From positions 77,934,001-77,998,000 of the forward strand of contig OX597818.1 in the NCBI GenBank assembly GCA_951406725.2: a stretch of DNA of 64,000 bases. The letters are read 5' to 3'. The notes beneath the pieces were generated by a model, which saw nothing but the letters and a program-made list of their open reading frames with translations, made no database searches and was not told the origin of the DNA. Shown here piece after piece: positions 1-12,939 of the stretch. Every line of letters begins with the position of its first letter. Within the stretch, counting starts at the first letter, position 1. The stretch comes from Octopus vulgaris. Its lineage: Eukaryota. The position numbers and the translations under genes are program-made.

Positions 1-288
1 GGTATATCAAACATGTGGTATGCCCTGTTGGTCATTATTGTAAGGAAGATGATTTATTTCCAGATGCACCTTGGCGGGATTAGAAGCATTAATTTTGAAT
101 CTAAGAACAAGGAAGAAGTTACCCTTTCTCGCATTCCGATCAAACAGCCTCCCAGAGAGGATTGTAGAATCACCAGCATCAACACATAATGTGATTGGCG
201 ACCTATTGTAGGGAGAAAATATAATCAGAGCAGTAGATATGATCAACGCAAGATCAACCCAAGTCGACGTTTAATATATTTTATATCT

Positions 289-690
289 TAAGGTGTCGAG
301 CTGGCAGAAACGTTAGCATGCCGAGCGAAATGCGTAGCCCTATTTCGTCTGCCGTTACGTTCTGAGTTCAAATTCCGCCGAGGTCGACTTTGCCTTTCAT
401 CCTTTCGGGGTCGATTAAATAAGTACCAGTTACAAACTGGGGTCGATATAACCGACTTAATCCGTTTGTCTGTCCTTGTTTGTCCTCTCTGTGTTTGGTC
501 CCTTGTGGTAGTAAAGAAATAGGTATTTCGTCTGTCTTTACTTTCTGAGTTCAAATTCCACCGTGGTCAACTTTGCTTTTCATCTTTTCGGTTTCGATAA
601 ATTAAGTACCAGTTGAGTACTGGGGGTCGATATAATCGACTGGCCCCCCTCCTCCAAAATTTCGGGCCCTGTGCCTAGAGTACAAAAAAT
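289..690 (+). mobile_element. tRNA-derived SINE, family A (dimeric; central GTCGACTTTGCCTTTCATCCTTTCGGGGTCGAT domain)
   Basis: Head GAGCTGGCAGAAACGTTAGC with B-box-like GAGTTCAAATTCC; the central domain occurs twice; dozens of homologous copies in the window. The domain resembles the Meta/MESC-type SINE core (from recall). Confidence 0.85.
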
Positions 691-740
691 ATTTTTAATA
701 TCTTGTTTTAATTGATATTGCAAATATGATGCATGTTCTT

Positions 741-910
741 AAAGATGCGAGCTGGCAGAATCGTTAGCACGCCGGGCAAAATGCTTACTAGCATTTCTTG
801 AGGCTTTGCGTCAAATTCTGAGTTCAAGTTCCACCGAGATCGACTTCCCCTTTCATTCGGCTAGATCTCTCCCTCAAACTTTCAAGCCTCGTGCCTATAA
901 TAGGTAAAAG
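741..910 (+). mobile_element. SINE family A, internally deleted copy
   Basis: GCGAGCTGGCAGAATCGTTAGCACGCCG head, GAGTTCAAGTTCC, 3' GTGCCTATAATAG. Confidence 0.75.
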
Positions 911-1020
911 TGTTATTCTTTTATTTATTCTGTGTAATTATTTGCGGGTTTTTATAAATGTATTAAGTTGTCCCCCCGCATTAATTGTATAAGTTTTTCA
1001 CTCCTCCTCTTGCCTATATA

Positions 1021-1804
1021 TTAGGTTGTCAAGAAAGTTCTTACGGTTTTTAACCTTTCAATTCAGATGCACATATCTGGAGGGGTGTTTGGCATCGTCT
1101 TGGTTTTTGAAGCATTTCTCACGCAAGAGGTTGTCGAGATGCTTGAAAAAGTGGTAGTCGGTAGGTGAGAGGTCTGGTGAGTATGGCGGATGAGGCAGAG
1201 TTTCGTAGCCCAATTCGTTCAACTTCTGCAGGGTCAGTTGTGTAATGTGCAGCCGAGCGTTGTAGTGGAGAAGAATTGGTCTTTTTCTATTTACTAATGC
1301 TGGCTATTGTTGTCAGAGTTTCTTATGCATTTCATCCATTTGCTGACAGTACTTCTCCGCCGTAATGGTTTAGCCTGGATCCACAAAGCTGTGATGGATG
1401 AGACCAGCTGCAGACTACCAAACAGTCACCATGACCGTATTTTGGTGCGACTTTGGCTTCGGGAAGTGCTGTGGAGCTTGGTCGGCGTCCAACCACTGAG
1501 CTGAGCGTCGCTGGTTTTCGTAAAGAATTCACTTTTCATCGTAAGTCACAATCCGGTCGAGAAACGGGTTGTTCTTGTTGCGTAAAAGAAGGGAAGACGA
1601 CACTTCAAAACGGCGATTTTTTTGGTTGTTGTTCAATTCGTGCGGCACCCATTTCTCAAGTATTTTTGTTTTTTCAGTCTCTTTCAAGTGGTTGGAAATT
1701 GTCGTATACGTTACGTCTAATTCAGAAGCAAGTTCTCGAACAGTTGTGCGTGGATCGGCTTCGACTAAGGTTCTTAGTTGATCGTTGTCAACATCCGATG
1801 GCCG
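1021..1804 (-). mobile_element. mariner transposon, 5'-truncated, transposase pseudogene (cecropia/Hsmar1-like)
   Basis: Minus strand reads KWVPHEL...FLDRIVTYDEK*ILY...ILLHYNAR...LPHPPYSPDLSPTDYHFFKHL with several stops; TA plus TTAGGTTGTC TIR at 1019-1030; other end lost at the (AAT)n tract. Confidence 0.92.
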
Positions 1805-1890
<86 letters not shown>

Positions 1891-1903
1891 TATTATTATT
1901 ATT
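1805..1903. repeat. (AAT)n followed by (ATT)n microsatellite
   Basis: Direct reading; explains the poly-N and poly-I ORFs. Confidence 0.98.
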
Positions 1904-1904
1904 G

Positions 1905-2322
1905 AAGGCGGCGAGCTGGCAGAATCGTTAGCACGCCAGGCGAAATGCTTAGCAGTATTTCGCCTGCCGTTACGTTCTGAGTTCAAATTCCGCCGAGGTC
2001 GACTTTGCCTTTCATCCTTTCGGGGACAATAAATTAAGTACCAGTTACGCACTGGGGTCGATCTAATCGACTTAATCCGTTTGTTTGTCCTTGTTTGTCC
2101 TCTCTGTGTTTAGCCCCTTGTGGGTAGTAAAGAAATAGAAATAGGTATTTCGTCTACCATTACGTTCTGAATTCAAATTCCACCGAGGTCGACTTTGCTT
2201 GTCATCCTTTCAAGGTCGATAAATTAAGTACCATTTGCATACTGGGGTCGATCTAATCGACTGGCCCCTCCTCCCAAATTTCAGGCCTAGTGCCTATAGT
2301 AGAACGGATTATTATTATTATT
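1905..2322 (+). mobile_element. SINE family A, full dimeric copy with (ATT)n tail
   Basis: AAGGCGGCGAGCTGGCAGAATCG head, two central domains, ends GTGCCTATAGTAGAACGGATTATTATT. Confidence 0.9.
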
Positions 2323-2726
2323 GTTTATTTATCTAGTCTACTGCCAAAATTTGTAACATTATTGACTATTAATTAAAAATTTATTAAATTATTTTCCTAG
2401 TTTCCAAATATGAGAAAATCAATTATCTTAAATAATCATAATAAAATTAAATTAAGATCTATGTTGAAACCGTAACGTTGCTCTTCTCTAAACTACTGGT
2501 CTATTTCCAAGTAGAGTTGTGTTATAATGTACAGAGTTGTGTAATAAAGAGGTTCATGGACGTATGTCATTGTACTTTTACTACACTACATCAGATAATC
2601 TCGTTTATCAATGAGAAAGACCTCAAATTAAGAGTCCATCATGGCATGTACCATAAAGGTTAGAATATAACTATTGATGTTGTTAGATTTATTGTGTATT
2701 TCTGAATTTTCTTTTCTGTAAAATAA

Positions 2727-3070
2727 AGGGTAAAGACTCCCTTCGGTCATGAATGACCATAGTATTGCACCTAGAAAGTTCCCCTCCACGCACAAGACCA
2801 GGGAAAGTTGTTTATGGAAGACCAGCAGTCGTCAATACATAACAGCCTCCCCTCTCCACGTCACGCCACTAATGTTATCCAAAGGAAAAGGCAAAAGCCA
2901 ATACAGCTTTGCACCAGTGACGTCGCAACTCATTTCTACAGCTGAGTGAACTGAAGCAACATGAAATATAGTGTCTTGTTCAAGAACACAACAAACAGCC
3001 CAATCAGGCAGTTGAACTTACTACTTCATGATTGTGAGCCCGATGCTTTAACCATCGAGTCATGCGATTT
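2727..3070 (-). mobile_element. tRNA-derived CORE-like SINE, family C
   Basis: Reverse complement of 9648-9975; flanked by 10-bp TSD TGTAAAATAA (2717-2726 and 3077-3086). Confidence 0.88.
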
Positions 3071-3180
3071 TTGCATGTAAAATAATGAAGTAATTATTAC
3101 TACTTTCATTGCCTTTATTGTAGTATAAAGAAAGATCAGTTTGGCATCATCTACAATATCCAACAAGTTTACCATGGCCC

Positions 3181-3520
3181 AAGGCATAGCCTTGTGGTAA
3201 AAAAAAAACTTGCCTTAGTTTCGGATTCAGTCCCACTGCGTGGCATATTAGACATTTTTTTGTACAATAGTCAACTCTTTGTGAGTAAATTTGGTAGACG
3301 GAAACTGTGTGAAAGCCCATAGTATGTGTGAGTGTGTATGTCTTTATTACTTCACCGATTGACAACCAGTATTGGCTTGTTTACGTCCTGCAATTTAGCA
3401 AAAGAGACAAATAAATTATTGGGGTTAATTTGTTCGACCGAAACCACCTCAAGGCGTTGCTCCAACATGCTCCAACATGTCCTCAATCCAATAACTAAAA
3501 CATGTGGTAGTTAAAAGATA
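3181..3520 (+). mobile_element. SINE family B, degenerate
   Basis: TTCAGTCCCACTGCGTGGCA and TTTGGTAGACGGAAACTG motifs shared with 33470-33880. Confidence 0.75.
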
Positions 3521-4444
3521 TTTAACAAAAACTACTTTATGGAAGTTTTGTGTATTTTTCTTAATTTGTTATTTAGTGTCAACATTTCCATCGCAGTAAC
3601 TGCGACTTGATGATTGACTCAGTGCAACAAAAATTTTGACTCGAAATGATTAACTGTTTAAGTGAAGTTAACGCGTTTTGAATGGCTAAAATGTGTTTTA
3701 CACGCCGTAATTGCTTTCGTTCCAGCACACGGTGTCAGATCAAATCACTTGCCAGACAATTACCTCTCCGAAATTACTGAATTTTTGTGTTTTTTTACTT
3801 TAAATATCAGTTAATAAGCCTATATTCTACAACGGTGGGTTAAATAAAGATAAGAAACGGTCCAAATTGAAAATATTGATGTCAAGAATAAGCTATTTAT
3901 TTTGTTTGCAGCTTTGTCATGCGATATGTTTAGTTTGAAAAGAGAGAGAATGATTGTATGAGTCTTATAAAGATTGTGGTTGGCATGTGAGAAGATAGAA
4001 TTGGATTCTGAAATTAACGAGTGAAACATTGGTGGTTTTCATTGAGCAGAACCAAATTTTCGCTTGATGACTGCCCACGTTACTATTTTTACTTGAATTT
4101 CTTGTTAATTCCAAACGACTAGAAATATGTGTGATTACATAACAGTTTTGATTGAAATTGTAGATAAATGATAAAATAGCATTGAATGAAATATGTAAAA
4201 TAAGTACACCCGTGAGAGGTTAATGGTTTTGCGACGACTCTCCTAAATATGTTATTTATTTTGATGAATGCGTGATAGGGCAGACTGGTGGGTATCGTTA
4301 ATCAAGTAAGGATTATTTCTAACTTTTGCCCACTAGGCAGAATTTAATTTGACAGTCGCACTTCACGCGTCTTTATAAGACCCTTGTTTAACGCCTGTCA
4401 AATTTTGTTGTATATCTCCAAGCCCTTTTGGTTGGTTATTATTA

Positions 4445-6235
4445 TTATTTTTTAAAAATAAAATATGTTCCGTTGTCTTTTGCTGAACCGGGGTCGTCCC
4501 TTGACCCTAGGGTCACAGCAGTTCCTCATCCCATGGAGAGTACACGGCGTAAAATGTGTGTGGAACCTAGCAACACTATTTTCTGAAGTTCTCCCACATT
4601 AACACTGCAAGGGAATTTGTTGAGCTGCTTATCAAGGCGCTTTTTAATTAGCCCTAACGCTCCAATCACCACAGGCGCTGTGCTGCTTTTCATTCCCCAC
4701 ATCTTGGTCACTTGTATTTCTAGGTTTTTGTACTTAAATAACTTCTCAACTTCTTTTATGAACACATTTCTCTCTGATCATACTGTCACATCTATCATTA
4801 ATCCTTTCTTATTCTTCCCATCTTTGATGATTATGTCCGGCCTGTTTGCTTTGATTTCTTTATCGGTGTTGATTGGCATGACCCAGAGTACTGTTACAAA
4901 AGCTTTCCAGTCACAGTTTCAGGTTTATACTGGTACCATCTTTCTGAAGTTGGAAGCTGGTAGTGTTTATATATCTTCCAATGGATATATTGCGCTACTC
5001 TATTGTGTCTATGAATATATTCAGTTTTTGCAAGCGCTGTGCATCCAGTTAAGATGTGGTCTACTGTTTCATCCTGCTCATGACACATTCTGCATTTCGG
5101 GTCAGTGCCATCGTTCATTATTTTGTTGTGGTAAGCTCAGGTTGCCAAGTTTTGATCTTGTGCTGCTATGATAAAACCTTCGGTTTCAGTCTTCAGTCCT
5201 GAGGTCTTCGTCCATATATGAGAGTCTCGTTTTTCTACGTCTGGTTTGTTCACTCTACATGGGTATCAGCCATGCATGGGTTTTTCTAGCCATTCTTCTT
5301 TGATCTTCTTCTGGTCTTGTTTTTCCATCTCTTCCTTAACTCTTTTAGCAAACTGGGTTACTTTCTCACTCGCCTTCATTCTCGGTTCCTCCATCATCAG
5401 TTGTTTCTTAAACTGTACAGATTCTTTGTATACCGAATATAGCTTCTTTACTTTATCATGATGGTGCACAAGCTTCATTAGAGGACCTTTTAACAGCTCA
5501 AGATTTGTATTTAATCCTACAGTGGTGGTTTTGTAAGATAAGTCTAACTGAGTTAGTCCTCTTTCTCCCATGCTTCTCGGTTAATAAATCCTGTTCCCGT
5601 CCGCTTTTGGATGGTTCATTCGAGCCATGGTTAGTAGTTTTCTGGTCTTGGAGTCTAGCTTCTTTATTTCGCCCATTTGTCAGTTTATTATGTTGAAACT
5701 TTAAGCTACAATTGGTACTGCAAGAGTGTTAATGGCTTCTATTTTGTTTGCAGCGTTGAGTTCAGTCTTTGTAACTAACCGTACTCTCCTGTAGTACTCT
5801 TTTCAAATCTTCTCTTTCATTGCTGAATGTTTTATGCTGTTACTTTCGTCTATGCTAAGATATTTATATGCTTCTTCTTGGTCCAGTGCTCGGATTCTTG
5901 CTTCTGTATCTACGCGGATATCCACATAATATGCCAGTTTGCCTCTTATGAAAGTGGCTTTCGCGCATTTCTCCAGTTCATTTCTTCTAGGAATGCGTAT
6001 GTTCTTTCAGTGATTACAGATGTTAATATTTTAAACATTGTTGGTAGACAGGTTCTTTGAGTTTTCTGTGTCATTTGTTTTTGGTATTTGGTATGTCACT
6101 CCCTGTGTCAACCAGTCTGGGCTATTTTCTGGGTTTTTCATGACTTCGTTGTATGCTGATGACATGTCTCTATGTATATCAACTAGCTGTTTGATCCAGA
6201 AGTTTGGTACTCGATCTATTCCAGGTGACTTCCAA
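4445..6235 (-). mobile_element. R4/Dong-clade RLE LINE, 5'-truncated, RT core deleted
   Basis: PDWLTQGVTY (RT N-terminus), KCRMCHEQDETVDHILTGC zinc knuckle, RHNRVAQYIHW, KANRPDIII...IDV endonuclease, PVVIGALG and LQKIVLLGSTHILRRVL C-terminus; ends in (AAT)n on its sense strand. Confidence 0.9.
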
Positions 6236-6344
6236 AAGATGAAAAGTGAAGTCGACCTCTACGGAATTTGAACTCAGAACGTTAGCTAACTCCCTCCGTC
6301 CAATCAACAGGTACACGCTGTGTCACACATCAGCTGTCGAAATG

Positions 6345-6465
6345 ATTAAAGGGCAACATGAGATTAAGTGTTTTGCTCATGAGCTAAATGCACCGCCCTG
6401 TCCGGGAATTGAACTCACGATCTTACGATCGTGAGCGCAACATCCTAATACTAGACCATGCGCCA
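6345..6465 (-). mobile_element. SINE family C, 5' part
   Basis: Reverse complement of the tRNA-like head (GCGCATGG...CACGATCGTAAGATCGTGAGTTCAATTCCCGG). Confidence 0.7.
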
Positions 6466-6739
6466 CCTCATGCCATTGGAACACTCAGCCATTGAAACGC
6501 TAATTCCTCACGTAGATCGTCCAGTTGGTCAAATGATTGTTCTCTCACACATGAGTATTCAGGTGTTTGATCAACTGAACTGTCACACGTTATTACATTT
6601 CACGCGGTATGGATCGATACAATGCTAAGATAAATGAATATGTATTGCCTAAGATGCAATGCATTGAAATCGAACTAGGGAGCGCATGACTGCGAAACGA
6701 AATCCCTAAATAGTAACATGTAGGTGGAGCGGGATGTAG

Positions 6740-7128
6740 CCGCAGGCATGTCTGTGTGGTAAGAAGCTTGCTTCTCAACCAAATGGCTCCGATTTCAGTC
6801 TCACTGCGTGGCTCCTTGCTCAAGTGTTTTCGACCAAAGCCTTGTAAGTGGATTTGACAGATGAAATCTGAAAGAAGACGGTCGTATACATATATGTATA
6901 TACATATATGTATTAGGTATTTTTGTGTCTGTATTTGTACCCCACCACCACTTGACAACCGGTGTTCATGTATTTACGTCCCCGTAACTTAACGGTTCGG
7001 CAAAAGCAGATAGTACAAGGCTTTAAAACATAAGTCCTGGAGTTCGATTTGTTCGACTAAAACCCTTCAAGGCGGTGCCCCAGCATGGTCTCAGTCAAAT
7101 GACTGATGCAAGTAAAAGATAAAAGATA
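6740..7128 (+). mobile_element. SINE family B (tRNA head, CORE-like segment, internal TA/TG tract, (TAAAAGA)n tail)
   Basis: GCAGGCATGTCTGTGTGGTAAGAAGCTTGC...CCCCGTAACTTAACGGTTCGGCAAAAG...GTAAAAGATAAAAG. Confidence 0.85.
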
Positions 7129-7709
7129 TATACACACCCGCACAAATATCTGTGGGCGTTTGCGTGTGCATATATGTGCGTGTATGTATTGTATGCACTA
7201 TGTATAGATAGCTAGATAGCTAGATAATGTATTGTCCCGTTATTGGTGAGATCAACCAAAAAGTAATCCAGTAAGAGATAATATCATTTAATATACACAG
7301 GATTTAAATTCGAGAAACTATCAATTTCATACTGCGTAAACGCAATTATTGGAAAGCTTGTTTAGCGTGCTGTGTTTCCAAACGATCTTTCAGGCTCAAA
7401 TATACAATATGACTGTTCTTCTTTTTTTTTTGCTTTGTTTTGTTTTTTGAGTTTATCTTTAAAAAGAACAGAGCGTTAGTCTTTGAAAAACAACAAGAAT
7501 GGACGCTGGTCTTTCAGAAAAGCACGAGAAACGACGATTCTTAGATGCTTTGCCAAACCTGAACTTGTGGTCTTATAAGCCTTTCATGTGAGCATGTCTA
7601 GACATGCAAATATATACATGAGAAGATATACATAAAACAAAATATACAAATCTGTACATATACATACATACATACATACATACATACATACATACATACA
7701 TACATACAT

Positions 7710-8960
7710 AAGTAGTGGCTGCTTTCTCGTATACGAGCAAAGCCATTGCTAGAAAGAATCATTGAAATGAGTCACTGATAATGCAAAGAAAGATTTGCAC
7801 ATTTCATTGCATAATGCTCAGTTGTGCAGGCTGGCAGAAGGAACAGGTGCAGAAGGAACAGTATGAAGTCTTTTGACATGTATTTTTAATCCTCCAACTG
7901 AACGGTACACCTTTCCACAATTTACAAGGGGTCGATTCCTCTGACTTCTTTGATGGCTGACCAGGCCTGCATGACTCAAGCATTTCCTCCTATAGGTCAC
8001 ACACGTAAAGAACAACACTCCTTCATTTTCTATTGGTTCATTCTTTCTAAGCTTTCTCTTGATCTTCTCGTTCTTCATTCTCTCTCTTTCGAACTCTCTC
8101 TTTCAATCACTGTGCACTCTTTTTCGTCCTCCATTTCGGTCTTGTATGTATGTATGCATGTATGTATGTATGTATTTGAATTTTTTGTCTGTCAAAACAG
8201 CTATAAGGCAGTCTTTGAACCTCATTTTTGGTTTATGTGATGGCCTTTTACAATCTTCCATCCCACCATGCAAAAGTTGCTTAGGAAGTCTTTTATCATT
8301 CATTCTCACCAGATGTTCACCCCCACCTCAAACAACTTTGCAGAATGATCGATTTCACACTTCTGCTATAACTTATCTCAAGTACCTCTACATCACTGAT
8401 CGCCATTCTCCGATTTATCCCAAGAATTTTCTTAAGACAACATTGATGGAATCGTTCCAAATGCCTCAAATGCTTACGATAAACAACTCATGTTTCACTT
8501 CCATGAAACAATGATGGCAAACCACAAGTTCTATAAACCATAACTTTAGTTTGGGTAGATATACCATGGTGTGACCAGAGCCGCTTGTCAAGCCTACAAA
8601 GGCACTACTAGCTTTGCTGATTCCATACGAAATTTCATTATCAAAATCAATAATGCTCAGAGTACTTCCTAATTTGGTTATGACTTCTAACATTTGACTA
8701 TATACAGTTATAGAAGGCACCATATAAAGCTTAGATGGAGAAGGGTGGTACATCATAACAGTTTTCTTCGAGTTAATTGTAAGGCCCAACACTGTACATG
8801 CTGCAGAAATCCCATTCATCATGAGTTGCATATCTTCCTGGGAATGTGCTAACAGGTCACAATCATCTGTATACAAGAACTCAATGATGTGAGAATGAAG
8901 AACTTTCGTTTTAGCACAAAGTCTTTTGAGATTGAAAAGTTTTCCTCGCTGTCCTATATC
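7710..8960 (-). mobile_element. RTE-clade LINE 3' portion (RT C-terminal half plus C2H2-like fingers), degenerate
   Basis: YTDDCDLLAHSQEDMQ...GLTINSKKT, GSTLS, KASSAF, RMNDKRLPKQLLHG...RFKDCL, terminal CGKVYRSVGGLKIH; flanked by (TACA)n at about 7655-7709 and 8969-9040. Confidence 0.9.
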
Positions 8961-9012
8961 TTACATAATACATACATACATACATACATACATACATACA
9001 TACATACATACA

Positions 9013-9047
<35 letters not shown>

Positions 9048-9339
9048 TTACTCATATCCATTTAACAATTCATATGTTTATATGCATGTATATATATATA
9101 TACCAAAAAGTTTGGAGTCTCTAATCATGGTAACACGTGCTGAAGAAGCTAAGGTTTTATTTTACCAATGCAGAAATCGATCCACGTGAGTCCAAATACT
9201 TAAATGTATGTTAATAGATTGTCTTAACCTGATTTTGCCTTCGTTTGATTTCTGTAGTTTTCATCGGTGTATTTCTGACGATTTAATAAGAGTTTTGACT
9301 GATACTTCAAGCAGGTTGACATACCTAGTACGTCCTTTG

Positions 9340-9404
<65 letters not shown>

Positions 9405-9608
9405 AAAGGTTTAAATTAATTAATTAATGATTAATAATTTTACGAAGGAGTCCGGTACGTTAAAATAACCATTTTCGGTAAAATTATACAAATATTCTAT
9501 AATTATAAACATAATTAGAATCAGGGGTCAGCTAATTGCTTCGCCACGCACCGAATTTAGAAATAGGAGTTGAATGCCTATGGTAGTAGAACAGGCATTT
9601 AACTCACT

Positions 9609-9644
<36 letters not shown>

Positions 9645-9647
9645 GTA

Positions 9648-9975
9648 AAGGCGCATGGCTAAGTGGTTAGAGTGTCGAGCTTACGATCATGAGGTTGTGA
9701 GTTCGAATCCCGGACTGGGCTGCGTGTTGTGTTCTTGAGCACACACTTTATTTCACGTTGCTCCAGTTCACTCAGCTGTAGAAATGAGTTGCGACGTCAC
9801 AAGTGCCAAGCTGTATCGGCCTTTACCTTTCCCTTGGATAACACTGGTGGCGTGGAGAGGGGGGGCTTTAAGCATGGGCGACTGCTGGTCTTCCATAAAC
9901 AACCTTGCCCGGACTTGTGCCTGGGAGGGTAACTTTCTAGGTGCAATCCCATGGTTAGTCATGACCGAAGTAGGT
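9648..9975 (+). mobile_element. tRNA-derived CORE-like SINE, family C, near full length
   Basis: A-box-like TGGCTAAGTGG, B-box GAGTTCGAATCCC, TTGTGTTCTTGAGCA CORE-like segment. Confidence 0.9.
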
Positions 9976-9983
9976 TTCAGCAA

Positions 9984-9984
<1 letters not shown>

Positions 9985-10081
<97 letters not shown>

Positions 10082-10140
10082 CGTCTGTCCGTCTGTCCGT
10101 CCGTCCGTCCGTCCGTCTATCTATCTATCTATCTATCTAT
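9985..10140. repeat. Compound (CTGT)n/(CCGT)n/(CTAT)n microsatellite
   Basis: Direct reading. Confidence 0.98.
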
Positions 10141-10339
10141 GAATATACGTAAATATACTTATAAATCACAAACTATGTATGGATGAGTGTGTCTCTATTG
10201 TGGAGTGTCGGCCAAGTTGACCTTGAGGATAAATTTGACTCTACATCATCAGTAAATGTTCAGTAATTATTCTTAAAAGTGCTTTAAAAATAATAACATT
10301 ATTTTAAACAAACACACACACACATGTATATTTATTTAT

Positions 10340-11400
10340 AGTTGGAATTTACAAAAAAATAGAAGACAGGTGTGTAAACAAACAGGTGTATTAGTTTAAT
10401 GCTCGGAAAGGTGAGAAAGTCATTTGCGTTCCGAGTCTAAGCTCTTCAACAGAAAGGACCACGAGAAAATAAACAGAGAATAAAAAAGCTTTAGTAGCTA
10501 GCAGTCAATCATGGCGATGGCCGGACAGAGGTGGTCAGACAGGAGAGCTAGGAAGAAGGGGAGATAAAGTAGTGGTGATCCCAAAACGAAGATGCGCGTG
10601 CGTGTATATGTGAGAGCGTCTATGTGTTTGTGGATAGGGGCTGATGACCTTGACGTGTGGGTGTGTGCATGAGTAGGTGTGTGGATGATGGTGTGGATGC
10701 TGAGAAGTGGTCAATGCTAGTGTGTGCAGGGTGCTGCGATGTAGTGTGGTGGTGTGGTGATGTGTAGTGTGGTGAGGTGGTGTGTGGTGTTGTGTGGTGG
10801 TGTGTGGTGTGGTGATGTGTGGTGTTGTGTGGTGGTGTGTTGTGCAGTGTGGCATGATGTGGTGGTGTTGGGGTGTGGGGGATGTGAGGGTGGGGATGCA
10901 AGGTGGGGTGTAAGGGTAGCGTGTGGGTTGGGATGAGGGTGTGGGGGTATGTGGGAGTGGAATGTGTTGGGGTGGGTGGGGATGGAATTTATAGGGATGA
11001 TAGGGTTGAGATGTGTAGGGGTGGGGTAACGATGGAGGAGTGACGATGAAGGGAGAGAGTGGAAGGGAGGAGGTAGGTGAGAGTGAAGAGAGGAAGTAGG
11101 TGTGAGAAGAAGAGAAGAGAGAGGAGGGGAGGTAGATGAAGAGGGGAAGTGAGTTGAGCCCATGTGGAGCAAAGGAGCGAAGCGAAAAGATTAATTCCTG
11201 TTCACGGAGAATACGGGAGTCCGGATGGCTCCTTTGCAAGGACAATCCGAACATAGACAGGTATAGTAAAGAATGACTGGTAGAGTGGAAATGACGCAAG
11301 ACTGGGGTGTTGTTTCCCGAGTCTGATGTCTGGGAGATGTCCCGCGAACCGGTCAGCCAAGCGGCGTCCCGTTTGACCGAGGTACACAGAAGGACAGATA
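10340..11400 (-). mobile_element. Penelope-like element 3' end (GIY-YIG endonuclease, CA-rich tail, pseudo-LTR)
   Basis: CPSVYLGQTGRRLADRFAGHL and RHFHSTSHSL...REQELIFSLRSFAPHGLN, split by a frameshift; degenerate hammerhead-like TTGAAGAGC..TCGGAACG near 10425-10450. Confidence 0.85.
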
Positions 11401-12939
11401 GTCATATATACGCACACAAACACACACATAAAGGACGCATATATAGTTACATATGTTGCAGACAAATATAAAAGCACACATATAAATATGCATGCTTGTA
11501 TGCAGATAACTATATGTATACATAGCTACACTCACGTGTACAGTAAGAGATACCGGCGTATACATACATACATACATACATACATACATACATACATACA
11601 TACATACATACATACATACATACACATCTATTTGGCCATACATAAATATACACACACACATTTATATACGTATAGTTGAGAAAGTCCGGTATTAAGAATA
11701 AAGTTTATGGCAGTATGAGTATTGGTATTTAGACAGCATTCACAGTTAATGTCTTGCAATTAATCTCGTTATTGGCTGTAGGATGACCGTTTGGATTTCA
11801 GTTAAAGAAAGTAGCGAGATATTACTATAATTTAGATAAAAACTATAGGAAAATATTGAATTAATGGTTTAAAGTTAGCCCTATAACCTATTAAGAGACT
11901 GCTTGCGGCAAAATGACAGCTCAGTTTTTTTCCTATGTGATATAACTAACTGTTTTAAAATGTATAGTTTCTCGTTGTCTCATAGGCGACTGCTGTTTGC
12001 TCCGGCCAACTAGGGAGGTGTTTAACTGATAATACTTCAGGATATAGCTCCAGATGAAATGGGACATAGAACTGAAATTTTCCTGTTCCAAGACTTGAGA
12101 AAGAGCTCGTGCTGGGTAAAACCTACTTTGAAACTAATAGCAGTGAGTTTTGCAAATAAAGATACTATCATGTGAGTTACAGTCGTTCTGAAAATCCCTT
12201 CCTTGGAGAAATAGAATCCTCTCAATGGATAGGTGTTTTTTTCAACAGCTGAATGTGAGTGTTTGAGGTAAAGCATTAGCGAGAAATGGATTAAAGAGAA
12301 ATTAGAGAAATTACTAACATCCTTTTCTGTAAAAAAGGAAGAGAACAACAATCTAGTTCAATCCTTATTTCAATCCAAGTGTCATCTCAAAGATAGTCAG
12401 GAACCAGCAACATGGTGTAAATGCCAAACAACTGTAGTAGAGTTAATGTTTGGTCATTTTGCCAGTTCTCGACTTGTTTTGTATGAGAAATATATAATTA
12501 TAATTTCTCACACAGGCTTGCGGCCACACTTTTTGCATGAAGAAACAGTTATATTTCGTACTTCCTTTATTGAACCAAGGAGTAAGAAGGGTAAACACAG
12601 ACAAGATTTGAGCTCTGTAAAGTAAAAAACAGGCATCAAATATCACATGATGTTGTGTAACCCACCATGATTTTTGGGTTTTTAAAATAAAACATATTTC
12701 GTCAAAATAATAATAAAAATTTGTGACTTTTGTCAGATTTGAACTGTAAATCTTAAAATCCTCAAATCAAAGTATTAGTGTCGTGTCACCCCATATTTGA
12801 TGTGCTGTAACAGAATTCTGCCGCACAATCTATCTCTTTTATTTTTTACCCTGTTATTTCTTTTTCTCCACCTAACTACATTTGAACACTTCGTTCACTA
12901 TTACAACTCTCATAAAATCCATTTTAATCAGTGTCTAGC

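Larger units (their letters stand above)
2452..4305. repeat. Left arm of inverted duplication (partner 12940-13912), interrupted by later insertions
   Basis: Reverse-complement homology to 12940-13912; core 3841-4232 matches 13013-13404; the same 69-aa ORF appears on opposite strands. Confidence 0.93.

Noticed and set aside
1-270. Possible exon after TTTCCAG, or 79-aa minus-strand ORF
   Set aside because: No recognisable protein or donor site; at the window edge
9648-9725. tRNA-like sequence with A and B boxes
   Set aside because: It is a SINE head continuing into the SINE body; no complete cloverleaf; many decayed copies
10420-10455. Functional hammerhead in the first Penelope pseudo-LTR
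   Set aside because: Core mutated (TTGAAGA and GGAA); at best a dead relic
10535-11172. His/Pro/Thr-rich ORFs
   Set aside because: Low-complexity (CAC/CCA) tail of a Penelope element
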